A stretch of DNA of 64,000 nt from Podarcis bocagei (lineage: Eukaryota). The notes below the pieces were generated by a model. That model was not told the DNA's origin, did no database searches, and saw only the letters and a program-made list of their open reading frames with translations. The stretch's first letter is position 1. Each line of letters opens with the position of its first letter. The stretch is taken from the NCBI GenBank assembly GCA_964188305.1, contig OZ076887.1; one strand, written 5' to 3'. Shown piece by piece: positions 40,914 to 55,804 of the stretch. A program made the translations under genes and the position numbers.

Positions 40914-43124
40914 TGAACATTTTACCTCCATGCTATGGAATTATGTTCTTGCTTTTAAAAACTTCCATTGATTTCAGAAAATCCCAGACTTTCACTAATT
41001 ATATTTGTAAAGAACATGACCTGACATTCTTGCAGTGTTCCTCCCTGCTAATGTTTTCCCAACTCTGCCTGAAGCTACAGGGCAGGTTGCCATAGTTGAA
41101 AATCTAAAAATACACCATGAAATGTATAGAATAATATTGTTTAAGTCCCCTGAATATAACCAAGTGAGTAGAAAGAGTCCAGGAATCATTGTGATTTTTG
41201 GAAGGAATGAAGGAAGACTAGATTTTGATGGAAGAAAGTGGTTAAGGAACAGGTTACTATAGGACCCAATATACAGTATAGGCCCCAATAGTAGAGTGTA
41301 GGTGAAGAGAGAATTGAAGAAAAGAGAATTAGCGCCAAAGAAGACAACTGGCGGTGGGATGTATTGTAGACAAGGTTGCATTTCAAGGTCACTAAATCTA
41401 GCGGCAATGTCAAAGGAATTAAAGCAGAGACAGCCATCATGGTGCCTTCCAGTTGTTTTGGACTGCACTCCCATAATTTCTGACCACTGGAAATGCTGGC
41501 AGGGACTGATGGGCACCATGTTGGCTACCCCCGAATTAAACCATGCATGTGTTTGGAATTTCTGCCAAAGAATCAAAGCTCAAGAGTCAATCTTGATGGT
41601 AAATATGGGTCAGTCAGTACATTTGATGGCTGCCATTATCTCACCTCTGTGCTAATCCCACAGACAGGAAGTGCTCCCATTAGGTTGCTGGATGTGTGAA
41701 CCAGCTCTATCTTTTGAAATAGAAAAGATGGAGACAGGGTGAATGGAGACAGGCTTGCTGGGCAGGCAATAAAGCAGAGAACAGGGACAAAGAAAACCCA
41801 GGAGCAAGATAATTTGGTGGTATGGGGGATCAGAGCAGAAAGGAATCTCCCGGGATCGTTCAAAAGTATGTGGCTAATTCATAGATTATTCCTCCTGATT
41901 GCATGCTGACAAATGGTGTAAGCATGCATAGAAAAGTAAAGCATGGTTTTCAGCAGGTGATAGAAGCAGTAGCTTGTACAATCCAGAGGTTCAGCATGAA
42001 CCTTGCAGAATCAAGATGACATGTCAGGGTTCCAATCATCCTCTGCCAAATGGGAGGAAGTAGGTCATGTAGCTTTTTCCATTTCTAGTAGAGGAAGCCA
42101 ACTCTTAACTAACATTTCTGACTAGTTCCTTGTGCAGGCCAATTGTCTTCAGAGCTGCCTGGTGTGAACTTGGATATCATTGCCCTGAGAATTGGGAGGT
42201 TAAATTTTTAAAAAAATTAAAAAGGATGTTGAGTGTGCCTTTGCTAAATTGGCGAGACACTTAAAATTAGTTTTTTAATTGTGAGCAGCTGAGCAGCTGG
42301 AGGTAATTGTCTGGAAGGAATATGGGAAACAATTTTCCATTTCAGTTTTTTACTCTTTTGGTTGAAGCTTGTTCCCGTTTCATAATGGCGATATTTCTTT
42401 GACAAGGCTTTTTAAATAGGTTTTTTTTCCTTTTAAAGCATAGTTAAATATTTTATTTCTTTTATTTTTGCTGAGATGGTTGCTCAAAGGCCAGCCAGCA
42501 CAGTTAAACATCAAAATACAATGTGCTGATCCCTTAACAAACTCAGGATAATCACTGGCCATTACTGCCACAGACTTGGGTCCTCCAATAAGTTGTTTTC
42601 TATTCCCGTTCACCCCCTAAACCTGATTCTAGAGTTCTTGCCATAGAATTTATAGGCACTTTTAGCTATCAAAATGGTATTCTTGAAAGTTAAAAACTTG
42701 AAAATCAAGTAAAGCATTTTATATAATGGATTTATAGGAGGGCTGTAACATTTAAACGATTAATAGTTCAGTCCTTGTACTTGTCTACTTAGAAGAAGGT
42801 CCTATTGAGTTCAGTGGGACTTACCCCCAGGTAGGTGGATTGCTCCCTTAATCAGGTAGAATTAAAAAAAAAAATACTAAAAGATGTTGCTGATTAAGTA
42901 GGCAGTATATTTTTAAAGCAGATAATTTTTAATAGAAGTAGGTATAAAAACTGAAGGTGGCAAACACTACCTTAAAAAAGACGTCCCTCCTTTTCTCTTA
43001 CATTGAAGGGAATGTCTATTCTTAGATAGTGTCCACTGCAACACATCCAAAAGCAGCATCCAAAAGCAATGCTTCTTGCTTCAGAATCACTGATTTTGCT
43101 TATGCAGGCTAAATAGAGCAATTG

Positions 43125-43759
43125 CCGTATTTTTCAGCCTATAAAACAATATTTCCCCCCAAATTTTTAAAGTTTAAAATTGGGGGTCGTCTTATACAGG
43201 GAATGTTGCAATTAAATATATAAATAAATTCATGCCGCCATCCATATTCCCCCCCCGCCTCCCCTCACTATTGGCCTCACGACAAACACTGGTCTGCTAC
43301 TGCCCCCCCAGCAGCCCCCACTCCGGACATTGTCCCTTCCACCCAGTTCCCTCAGCCGCCCCCTGGCTACCCAGACCCCTCATTCCCCAAGCGCACTCAC
43401 TCAGGCAGCTCTGGCAGTCACAGCTCCTCGATCAGCTTTTGCATCTGCCGGCGCTTGTGTAGTAAATACGGTACATACCGTAAATACTGAGACAAAAGTG
43501 CAACATACAGGCGGGAGAGCTGGAGCTGCAGCTACTGTGGAGTTGCACTGAGCTGACAGGAGCAGCCGCTATTACACAGCTTGCCTCACTGTTTGATGTT
43601 TAAATATACGGTACTAAATATACCACTGTTTTGAATATTTAATAAAATATCAAAGTTGTTCTGTTTGGTGTTTAAAATATTAATTAATTAATTTTGGGCT
43701 CAAAAAAAAAATAGGGGTTGTCTTATACATGGGGGCGTCTTATGCACAGAAAAATACGG
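43125..43759. mobile_element. Longer member of the 30540 pogo/Tc2-like MITE family
   Basis: TIR ccgtatttttc / gaaaaatacgg; same subterminal ggggtcgtcttatac motifs. Confidence 0.75.
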
Positions 43760-44813
43760 TAACTGATTAATGGACTAGAATTCTTACAATGAACAGTCTT
43801 GAGAGTTATGAAATTGGGCAACAGCCTGGTTAGTGTGTTGTTAGTAAGTAAGTAAGGAATGTGTTGTGTTACTTTTTAAAGTGTGTCGCGGGAATGGATG
43901 AAAGCATTCCACTTAGTCCTAAGAATAATTTTGTCTTGCTGAAAAGCAGTAGCTAATCACACCACGTATGTGTGGGGCTGTCTGTGTGTTACAGGGCAGC
44001 ATGATCTAGCCATGCCATGCCACCTGCTGAATCTGGCAGGCTTGCCCCACCACTGCCATCTGCAGATTTGGAAAGGGCTCTATGCACATGCCAATCTATG
44101 CGCAAGAGCTCCTCCCTGCAAGGGGAAAAGGAATCCTGACTGTCTATCCAATCTAGTGCTCTCAACACATGGCTAGCAACCAGGAGTGATGGCAAAAAGC
44201 AAGCCTAGCCCTCTTTGCACATTCTTTCACATTTCCATGAGAGTAGAGTTTTCTGAATGGTTCATTTGGAGCTCCACCATTTCCCTGTTTCATATTGTAA
44301 TTGTGTTTTTCTTCGTTGATCCCCATTCAGCTCTTTACAGCTTGCTATCATTGCAAAAGTTATTTGCCATCATCATCCCTGTTGAAATGGTTGGCTTATT
44401 ATTCAAATGGTTGGCTAGCTTGACATTTCATGGTTGCCAAGTTACTGCTCAACACAACATGGTTTTCTCTACCTTCCCCATGCCGTGCAATTGAAACATT
44501 GCCACGTGTTAAAAAAAAACAAATCCATAATAAACAAATATGCTAATTTCACTCACATAAATGAAAAAAGATGGTTATAAAGGCAAACATAATGTAAATA
44601 CTTTTTTTTAAAAAAGGAATATTGCATACTCAACTAATTTTTTGTAGACTGACTTGTGTGGGAGTATTTTTGCTTTCAAAATAAACAGGAATAAGAAAAT
44701 TAACTTTTGCAACCCACCATTTTTGATGTAGCATTTTGGTTTTTAATTTGGCTTCAGGGGGTATAAATATTCAGTGTAAGCCACTCATGCATTTTCTTGT
44801 TCCCTCTTTATAG

Positions 44814-44843
44814 ATAATCCTCTACTTATTGTCAGACCACCGG
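44814..44843 (+). CDS. FNDC1: FNDC1 30-nt microexon (~20): DNPLLIVRPP
   Basis: ctctttatag acceptor, G|gtaagt donor; supplies the linker between ...ITES and GGEPIW. Confidence 0.9.
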
Positions 44844-47280
44844 GTAAGTCTCCTTGCTGTTTTCAGATATTATCTTGTCCTGAGTACTGCAAAACCTAAT
44901 GTTGTGACATTGTGCAGCTGACAGAGAAATTTAAAATTATTGACTTCCTTTGAAAGGGAGAGAGGGATATAAGTTTTATGAATAAACAAGAATGCGGAAA
45001 ACTGCCCTTTCACCTGATTCTGTTATCTGCTTCCTTTATGCTTTCTGGGGCAGTCAAGTTCTGGAGACAGGATACCGAGTTTTAAAGTTTTGGATAGTGC
45101 ATTGCTGTCCATTTTTAACCATCTTATATATCCATTTACATTTATTTATTTAGAACAGCCTTGCATTTATGCACTGGCCTGGTAAGCACAGGTGACAAGG
45201 AATTGCATGTGGATAGGTGGAGAGGGGACAGAGCGCTCTACAGGAGTGGTTTGCATACTGGGGCAGGACCCAATACCCAGATCTTTGCTGTTTACCTGGA
45301 CCAGTCTGGGATGGGGTGGTGTGTCCTCCAAGCCCAGACATTGCTGCTGCCCCAGCCTGGTCTAGGTAAGCAGCAACAGGGAGTGCAGATCCATCAAACC
45401 ACACATGCCACTACCAGTGTCCTGTCTCTCCTCTGCACCCAGCATAGAAACCAGGGAGGTTGCTGGAGGTAGGAAGCTTCCTCTTTGACACCTTGCAAAG
45501 ATGTGCATTAGTAATAAGAGAAGTTCAGGGGGCTGCTGAAGGTGATCTGGAGTTCTTTTCCCCTCCTCCGCCAGCTTCTGGCAGGCTACTAAAAGATTTT
45601 GCAGGCTAGTAACTTTCATGGGATATTTTCAAGGCTGATTAAAAACATATATACCCCACTTTTCACCACACAGTTTGAAGCATTTTGAAAAATGCTAGAT
45701 ATCCAAAACATATTTTTGCATAAAAATGGGGAACCTTTTTGAGCTTGAGGGACACCTTCCCTTCTGGGAAACCTTCCAAGAGCCACATGCCAGGCTGAGC
45801 AGGGCTGGGGGCGAAAGTGGGCAGAGGAACAAACGTAGTTTACCTTTGTAGACTAGGCTAGTTTCTACATACCCTCTTTCTCCTCTGCCCTAACAAGAAA
45901 GTGGCAGTCTCAGAGCTCAAGGACACAATCCAGCTATGCAAAAATACTCAGGGTTTGAAGCAGGCCACTGAGGGGGTGTGGCCTGGAGAGAATAGGTGTT
46001 CTGAGGGCCACATAGATAGGTCTGGAGGGCCACATCCAGCCTCTGACGTTCCCCACACTATCTCTGTCTTTTAAGGGACTTTAATGGGAAGTGTGAACTA
46101 AGATATGTTTACATGTGATTATCTGCTACTATTAAGGCTTAAAATTATTGGAATGATAATTTACCCCAGAGTTTTGTGCCTGATAACTCAGAGGTGCCAA
46201 ATAACTCTTCCAAGCAGAACTGAACGTATAATGAAAACCACATGGCATGCTTCACAGCACCAACTATGGTGAAGGATAGTTTCACTGCGATTTGTTCATG
46301 GGGAGACACTATGCTGATGAATAGCAAGGGAATGTTGAGTGCTCTGATTCACATTCATTGTGTAGTTTTCTTTCCACGAACAGTTCATTGTTTTGTCCGC
46401 ACTGAGAATATTCTGGCTGAAATGCTGGAAAGAATGGCACATGTGAAAAAACTTTTTGGGTACAAAAGAAGTCCCATTAAACTCAAGTCAGTTGTACTGA
46501 AGCCCATCTCAGCCAAACTCAATGAGACTACTCCTGCGTGTTATTCACGAATTTATGTGTGTTTACAGGATTATGGTGTGCTTCTTTTGGAGTCAAAAGA
46601 ATCGATTAAAGAAAAGACCAAATGTTGCTTTGTCTTTTCTCCTTTTAAAAATGTGGTTCCCATCCCATGGAACAGTTGCCAACAGCATAAGGGAGACAGA
46701 GCACAGGGGGAATGCCGTGAAAGCAAGGAAACAACAACTTTCACTTTGTAACCTTCCCTTGTCCCGTTCGTGGGTAGAGTAGCAGTTATTATAGAAGCAA
46801 CATAGATTTTACTGTTTGATCTATTTACAGCTTGTAGCTGAGAATTCTTTTATGTGTTCAGTCTGTGCTGATATTTTTATAGTCTGATCCAACACTTATG
46901 AAGTCCAAGTATTTAGTGCCTATCGCCCGATCAAGTGATTTACTGCAGGCATGGGGGCCCTGGGGCAGGCACAGGACTCTACCCCCCACATGGACACTGC
47001 CCTATTTATTTCAGTCAATGGGGCAGCTCCCCACATAACCCTTTCGTATTCACAAAACTACAATTTACATCTGAAATGATCCGGTTGGCGCTCTGCTACC
47101 TATGTTTACACACCAGAGCTCATGGGACTTTGAATCAGGACAACTGATGTCAGCTTGAGTCTTTACAAATTCTCACAAGCTTATAGAGGTGGTGAACATT
47201 AACCCTTTTCAGGCACCCCCTCCCTTGTATGATTACATGAGAAGGACGCGGGGGCACTTGGTAGCTCCAATCCCTCTGTT

Positions 47281-47370
47281 CATAGCTGCCAACTTTTCCC
47301 TTTTTTAAAGGGAAATTTCCTTATTCCGAATAGGATTCCTCGCAAGAAAAGGGAAAAGTTGACAGCTATG
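47281..47370. mobile_element. 90-bp hAT-type MITE
   Basis: 24-bp TIR catagctgccaacttttccctttt with 1 mismatch; exact 8-bp TSD cctctgtt. Confidence 0.88.
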
Positions 47371-49080
47371 CCTCTGTTGCATTCTTGTTGCCCAGTCTCT
47401 GCACCACTTTCTGTAAGGGCAGCTTCTGCAGTGGAGAGAACATGCTTTGCTTGTATGACATTTCTTTGCATTATATTTATCCATTTATTTATTAGAATGA
47501 TACACCACCCTTTATCCGAATATCACAGGGTGGGTCACAACATAAAAATACAAAATGAGAACACAAAATGCACAATGGAATGAAAATGAAAACAAACCAG
47601 TAGCCCCTCCTCCCAGAATTGCATTTAAAAGGCCATCAGACCCAGCGTGCTCCCCACAAGGTCCCCTTATAGTACATGAGAGGCACATGAACTGGGCAGC
47701 AAAGACATAAGAGAAGGGAGGAGGTCACAGAGCAGGCAAGGGTCAAACCTTGAATAGGGCCTTTGAATGCACACTGAAGTAGTTTTCTGATCCATGGTGC
47801 CCTGATTGTGGTTACTGTCTTACCAGCAGTGGCAGATGTCGTGGTGAGGCTGTGTCGCTCACCTGTCCTCTGTTAGGACAGGAAGGGATGTGGTGGCAAG
47901 GCTGGCTAGGTACCAGTGGCACAGTGGAGCCAGTCAGGCACTCCTGCTGGTAAGCTTCCACCATGCCACTACTGCGCCCCTTCCAATCCCAGTGTGCTGC
48001 AGCAACTCAGCCAGGTGGCGGTCAAGTGAGCAGTGCATTCCCACCATGCCAGCCACCACAGCTCGTCGCACCTCAAATCACTTTGAGACCTTTTGCAGTG
48101 GTATAGACAGCCACGGGAAAGGAACCAGGGACCCACTCCCTCATTTGGAAGCATCATCATAATACAAGGGTCGTGTGAGATTGCCTTTTTAAATCCAAGT
48201 GCTTCTGTATAACTAGATAGTGGATTGGGCTGTCAATAAGTGGCGGCATTTACTTATTGCCACCACATAGTTTGAAATGGCTAACAACAGTTGCTGTTCA
48301 GAAAAGACCTACTTGGCTTTCTTGCTTTTGTGCAATCTGTTTTGATTTAATGTTAGCTTTAGGGGAGGGGGAACAAAACAGAATTTCAGTTCAGAAAAAA
48401 ACCCCCTCAAAAGTGCTTATGTTTCTAGTCTCATTTTAAAATATCAAGTTAACAGATAATAATGCACACCGAAGTCAATAACCCTTTTATGACTTGTTGG
48501 CTTTAGCTCTCTTAATTTGCTTTTTCTTTTTAAAAGATATACAGAACCACAAAAATAAAGTAGTGCTTAAATATTTGTTTTGACAAGAAATCATCTTTAA
48601 AATGCCCATTGCTGCAACTATCCTAACAGTATCATTTTACAGCTGTCCTGGATTTCAAACACATTAAACTGTATTCAGATTATAATGTTAATATACTTTT
48701 AAAAAGTTAAAAGCATTGGGTGGTAATGTTGGACACACCATTCTGTTAAGTACCAAGGAAACAAAACACATCTCAATTTCACTAACACAATGACATGATG
48801 CTATTTTACAATATATTATTACTTCATTCTAAGATATTGACAACTGCCCTGAAGGCTTGGTGGAGAATATCAGGTTTATGCCATTTGTGACATGGACTAC
48901 AGTCCTAAGCATATTTAATTGTAAGTCAGCTCCATTAGATAAAATCAAGAGACTTCCAAGAAAATGTCTTTAGGAATGGATTCATATGTTGGTTATGAAG
49001 ACTTTTTATGGCCTCTGAAAATAGAACATCAATTAAGATATGATGGTTAACATAAACAAGCTAAGAAACTTGATAACTGA

Positions 49081-49305
<225 letters not shown>

Positions 49306-50157
49306 TGAGCCAAAATTCCATATTTCGTGCAAACATTGCTGCTGGTAAACCCCCATCCCTCCAACATATCAAGAATTTATCCTTTCCTAGAAATTGGTAG
49401 GGAAATGCTGTCCCACTTTTGCAGGGGAAGATGATTTTTAGGTTTTTGGAGGAATTGAATGTGGTAAAAAGAAGTCGTGCTTAAGACTTTTTCAAATGGG
49501 GTCTTGCATATAATCACATGAAGTGTGGCTGGCCATTCTTTCTCTGTGTGTGCTTACATTGGAGTAACTGTGGCTGATGATTTGGGGTCTTACTTAAAAG
49601 TGAAATAGTGTCTAGGCTTGTGGATGTTGTGACTTCTGCCCCCAGCCTGATTTAGAGCCTTCCACTTGCATCCTATGGAGCCTTAGCTGTAACCTAAAAG
49701 ATATAAAGTACTGCCCAAGTTGGTTGATTGGGTGTTTCTACCCCAAAATCTCTGCCCTCAGGTTTACAATCCAAAAGACGTGACACAAAAAGGAAAAGGG
49801 AGGAAGTGGTGGGGAAACAAGCTCAGGCACCAGTTTGCAAAGTTTAGACATATGTAGCATGAGAGAAAATACTAAAAATGCATCTTTTGAGAGGGAAATG
49901 TGCTTAAAATGCATATTTGAATGTGCTTCTTGTGCAGATTTAAAATATTTATAGCAGGAATAAAAAGCCTTATGAGGGAACACATGCAAAAATGACTGGG
50001 GCCAGAAATTCATAGATTCATCCAATCTAGTTGAATTGCTAAAGCTCAGTTAAATTTTCTAAGCCAACTTCAGTATTGCTCCCCCTGCTCTGAAGTGTGT
50101 GCTTCCCTCTTCTGATGAGAATATGCTGCTACTTCACAATAATGTGCATTCTTAATT

Positions 50158-50382
50158 GTTGGTGTCCGTCTGTCTTGGGAGACAATGGAGGAGTGCTCCT
50201 TTGGGGGTGAAGTCACGCTGTTGGACAATTGCAGCGCCTGCTGTGGCTGTAGAGACTGATGCGGGAGAAACATGTTTTGTTGCAGCTGGGGCAGATGAAG
50301 ACGCCCAGTTGTGCTGCTGCAGATGCACCATGGCATTTCTTCTTTCTGTGCTACTCCCAGCGGACATTCCTTCTCTGGTCAC
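50158..50382 (-). mobile_element. RTE-clade LINE 3' fragment
   Basis: Minus strand encodes the C-terminal zinc-knuckle-like FICPSCNKTCFSRISLYSHSRRC and ends ...agacagacggacaccaac; 13-bp TSD tgcattcttaatt (50145-50157, 50383-50395). Confidence 0.8.
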
Positions 50383-50410
50383 TGCATTCTTAATTACACT
50401 TTTTAAATCA

Positions 50411-50605
50411 CTCCTTCTTTAGTTCATTCTACCACTGTGCTGGTAGCTGCTTTAAGAGGCAAAGCTTTTCCATTGCATTAAGTGCAATTAGTTGATGTGC
50501 ATTCTTAATTGTACATCAACTAATTGCACTTAATGCAATGAGAAGGGAGTCTTTGCCTCTGAAAGCATCTACCAGCACAGTGGCAAAATGAACTCAAAAA
50601 AGGAG
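50411..50605. repeat. Long inverted repeat / hairpin
   Basis: Perfect 28-bp inner arms (50471-50498 vs 50513-50540) plus outer arms ccactgtgctggtag / ctaccagcacagtgg. Confidence 0.9.
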
Positions 50606-51236
50606 AAGACACGAGATCTTCAAGTGGGATTCTCAGCCAATAGCAGACATAAAAATCTGTTTTACTGACTTCAGGAATGTTGGCGAGGACCACTGGCTTC
50701 CTTTCATACTGTGCCAGTGGATTCTTTTACCATAACACTCCTATTATTTCAGCTATATTCAAAAATAGCAAATAAGCCCACTTTCGAGACCTGCACCCTT
50801 CGTTTCTAGATTAGCATTACTTCTGTCTGAGCCCTTCCTTGCCCTCTCATTAGACCGAAAATTCAGCCATAATCTGTTGCTTAGGCAAACTATTTAAACC
50901 AGAGATATTCTAAAACCCTTAAATGTCTGGATGGGGGTGCCTGGATGAGGATGTATGGACTTTTGGACTGACATTTTAAAGCACTTCCTCACCTTTAATT
51001 TTTGAGTGCAGATAGAATTTTTGTCTTTGCTAAATTTAAACAGAGCTGGCCCCTAACTTGAAAGTCTGAAGCCTCTGCCAGTCTCAATAGAGTCTGCTGA
51101 TATTTCATCTTTACAACCCATAGATACTCAGGTTTGAGTAACCTGGTTAAGTGTATGGCTCCAATCTAAAAGAGCTCAACAGGGAACAACCCCCATCCAT
51201 TTTCAAATGTTTTCAGATGCCTCTTCTTGCGCATGA

Positions 51237-51593
<357 letters not shown>

Positions 51594-52602
51594 TGATTCT
51601 GCGCTATAAATTGTCCGCTCACCTTTGATGGGTTTTGAGTCACAGGTTGTGAGAATGGTTATAACCCTTTTGTTCTGAGGGCAGAAAATGCAGAAGTCAC
51701 AGGATCATGCTGTGCTTTGCAATCTAAGCAAGGGCAGCTAATCCAGATGTGCCTGAACGCTGGCTCTAAAAAGCAGAAATATGAGACACAAGGAAAGTAT
51801 GGAACTGGCACAGTGATCAGATAGAACACCACATGTGTGGAAAACAATGTTGGGAAGTCTGCTAATGCTTTAAGCAGCCACTTTTTCCTCTACAAACAGC
51901 TTTTTTGATGTTGCTTTTACCCTGATACCTTTGACTTCTGTTTTGATTGTGAGTGCTGATATTCCAGCCTCCCTCATTTTCCTTACTCCTCTATGGGAAA
52001 CTAAAGTCCTTTCCTAGGTAAGCATATTTTGGGGACTTAATTATCCAAATTACCAAATTATTCTGGGGCATCTGCTGTAGGGAAATCTCATTTTCCCAGC
52101 ACTCAAATTGCATGGACAAAAAGTTATTTTTTCTCCAGCTAGCACACTCATAGCTACGCAGAATGCAGTTAGCATCATCACAAGTAACTGAACTTCTTCA
52201 TGCCTGTCAAATTCAGTAAGCTACATGGCTGAGATCTTCCCATGCCACTCTTGTTTTTGCTTTGTGAAGTATGAAGTACCAGTTTCTGTGCCACAACACT
52301 GGGAGATGCAGGAAACCTGAAATATGGAACAATATGTGCAGAACAAAGCTGGATATTGGGTGTGAATGAGGTCTAGAAACAGTACTGATTACCCAAGAGG
52401 AAGGGGACTCTTTCTGTTGGTCATCTAAGGTGCTTCTTGGAACAGTTACGTATCCTTTTCTATGCAACTGTTCCAAGAATGCCCAACAGAAAGTTGTGTG
52501 CCATATGCAATAACACAATGGCAATCCAGTGAGGAAGGATGTGGCATTTGAGGTGATTTCCCAGACAGCAGGATTAGACCACACTTTACCATAACATTCC
52601 TA

Positions 52603-53305
<703 letters not shown>

Positions 53306-54900
53306 CTGTGCCGAGGTCTTCCTGCAACGATTCAGCGCAGTCCAGCCAGCAGTGCCTTTTGAATGACTGTCATTGGAGGACTCTGAGCAGTTGGTTTGGC
53401 AAAGAAAGGAAAAAACTGAAACACGGAAAGGATGGAACTAGTGAAGAGTCGACGATAGACGCGGATGAAACTCCATGTTGTGTAGACTTTTGTAAACCTA
53501 AGTCTATGGTGCTGCTTGATTACTCTGCTTTAGAGTGCAGACAGGAGTCCTGCCTTCCATCTCCTTGCCTCTAAAAGGCATGGAGATGTATCTACAATGG
53601 GTGCTACCTGTGCTCACTGAAACCTCATATATTTGGCTAGCCACGAAAAATCGGAATGGTGATGTATCTTGCAAGGAATGACTTAAGCATGCTTTGCTTG
53701 CATTACGGAATGCTAACCACTTTCCACTGCTATTAATGGGATTCTCTGCTGCCTTCCACTGGCAGAGTCTTATGCTTCAGAATGTTGCTATGCAGTCATG
53801 CCGTGTTACTTAAATGCCCATGAGAACCGATCAATGTTACTCAAGACTTCTCCTGTGGGTTTGCACATTGCTGCACGATATACCAGGTCACTATGTAAAT
53901 TCAACTTATAAAAAGCAGCCAACAACCACCAGTACTGTATGCTTGCAGAAGTATTTCTTAGAACTGAGGTTTTCTTGTTGATTTAGATGACTATGTGTAT
54001 GGGATGGTTTTATGTAAAAGGTGCTATTAATTAACAAGTCTTCTAAAAAAAAATCTGTGAAAAATATACTATGCACAATACATTAACCATGTAAAGAACC
54101 AGGCTTCTCTTCTTGTGAGTATTGTTGAACTGTAATGATGTTGATGTTTGTATAAAATAGAAGAATTCAGCACCGGACTCCGAGCAAGTGATGTTTCAAT
54201 GGGGGTAATTTATTTGGTACATTTATCAATCTGACTAATATCCCAATATGGATGCAGCCCAGCAATATAACAGTGTGCGAATTAAAGCCATGCCCAATGG
54301 TCTTTAGAGCTTAAGAGGTAGTGTCACAAATGAGTTAAGCTGAAATACAAAGAAAAGCTGGTCTTACTGGAACCAAATGTGATTTCAGGTGCAATTCCAC
54401 ATTTGCTCAGTTGTATCCAGTGGAAAGCTGCCATTGACAAATGCCTCAGAGTGGGGCAATGTTCATTAGGATTGCAGGGGGGTGTAGAATGGTTCTGTTC
54501 ACTCTGCCTGAACACTGCGGCCCCAATCATGCTGTTCTCCCCACCCCTAGTGGTTTTTTTTCATTTTTAGAAGTGCATATTAAATACAATACATTGTTTA
54601 ACATAGAGCCCTTCCAGACTTGGGAGTGGATATAGGTATTATTGCCATCTGGAGCAGTATTCTTGCACTGTAACACAGCAAACGTGGGATTTAAAAAACC
54701 CAAAAAACCAAACTGGAACATTTGTGGAATAAAAAGTTACAGGATTTCAGCAGGATTGTGCACTGGTTGGGAAAGAAGCAGGATGTCCACCCTGAAACTG
54801 TTGCAGGCACAGACAAGTGTTGAAAGCAGGATTGCAAATAACTGCCCCAATACCAACTTGAGCACAAATCTTTCACAATAAAAAGGATGCCTGGAGGGGT
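53306..54900 (+). other. FNDC1: FNDC1 3'UTR (end uncertain)
   Basis: Follows the stop codon. Candidate polyA hexamers: ATTAAA 54281 and 54579, AATAAA 54728 and 54877. The true cleavage site cannot be determined from sequence alone. Confidence 0.55.
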
Positions 54901-55439
54901 CTGTAATGACCAGTGTAGCCCTCAATGTAGATGATCACGCTGCATGTTTCCTTAAATCCAAGAACGTGGTTTTAGCTAGGTTGAAACGTTTTATTCAGCA
55001 CAGCTCCAGATGACTCCAACATATAATTGCTCTCCTAAAGCACGTAATAGTATTTGCTAATTGCATTTATTTTGGTTATATCTCTCTGGATAATGTCTAT
55101 AGAGCATGAGTTCATGCAACCCATACATCAGAAACGCTTGGACATAAAACTAGTATTTAAATGTTTTATGTGGAACACGAAAGTGGGTTGGTTATATTTT
55201 ATTTGAGTACTCAAAAAGAAGGTGCACTGATTTTCTGAAACAAAAGGAGATAAAGCATTCCCTAAGGAAATATATACCCATCTCTGCAATGTTGTTATAG
55301 TGAAAGCAGCATATACCTCTGCCCTCTATGGACTATGAAATGAAAAGACAGCCCACTCAGTGAGTGGAAAGTTAAATAAGGAACAGGCCTTCATGTTATT
55401 TTTATTCATCCCAATATAACCTGCTCTATACAGTAAAAA

Positions 55440-55804
55440 GGGACACAGGTGGCGCTGTGGGTTAAACCACAGAGCCTAGGACTTGCCGATCAGAAGATCG
55501 GCGGTTCGAATCCCTGTGACGGGGTGAGCTCCCGTTGCTCGGTCCCAGCTCCTGCCAACCTAGCAGTTCGAAAGCATGTCAAAGTGCAAGTAGATAAATA
55601 GGAACTGCTCCGGCGGGAAGGTGAACGGCGTTTCCGTGTGCTGCTCTGGTTCGCCAGAAGCGGCTTAGTCATGCTGGCCACATGACCCGGAAGCTGTCTG
55701 CAGACAAACGCCTGCTCCCTCAGCCCATAGAGTGAGATGAGTGCCGCAACCCCAGAGTCGGTCACGACTGGACCTAATGGTCAGGGGTCCCTTTACCTTT
55801 ACTT
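55440..55804 (+). mobile_element. Full-length Sauria SINE
   Basis: gggacacaggtggcgctgtgggttaa head, B box ggttcgaatcc, tail ctttacctttacttt; 12-bp TSD tatacagtaaaa (55427-55438, 55805-55816). Confidence 0.93.

Noticed and set aside
55440-55520. tRNA-like A/B boxes
   Set aside because: This is the head of a Sauria SINE, not a tRNA gene; the same applies to the heads near 5040-5088 and 8770-8833
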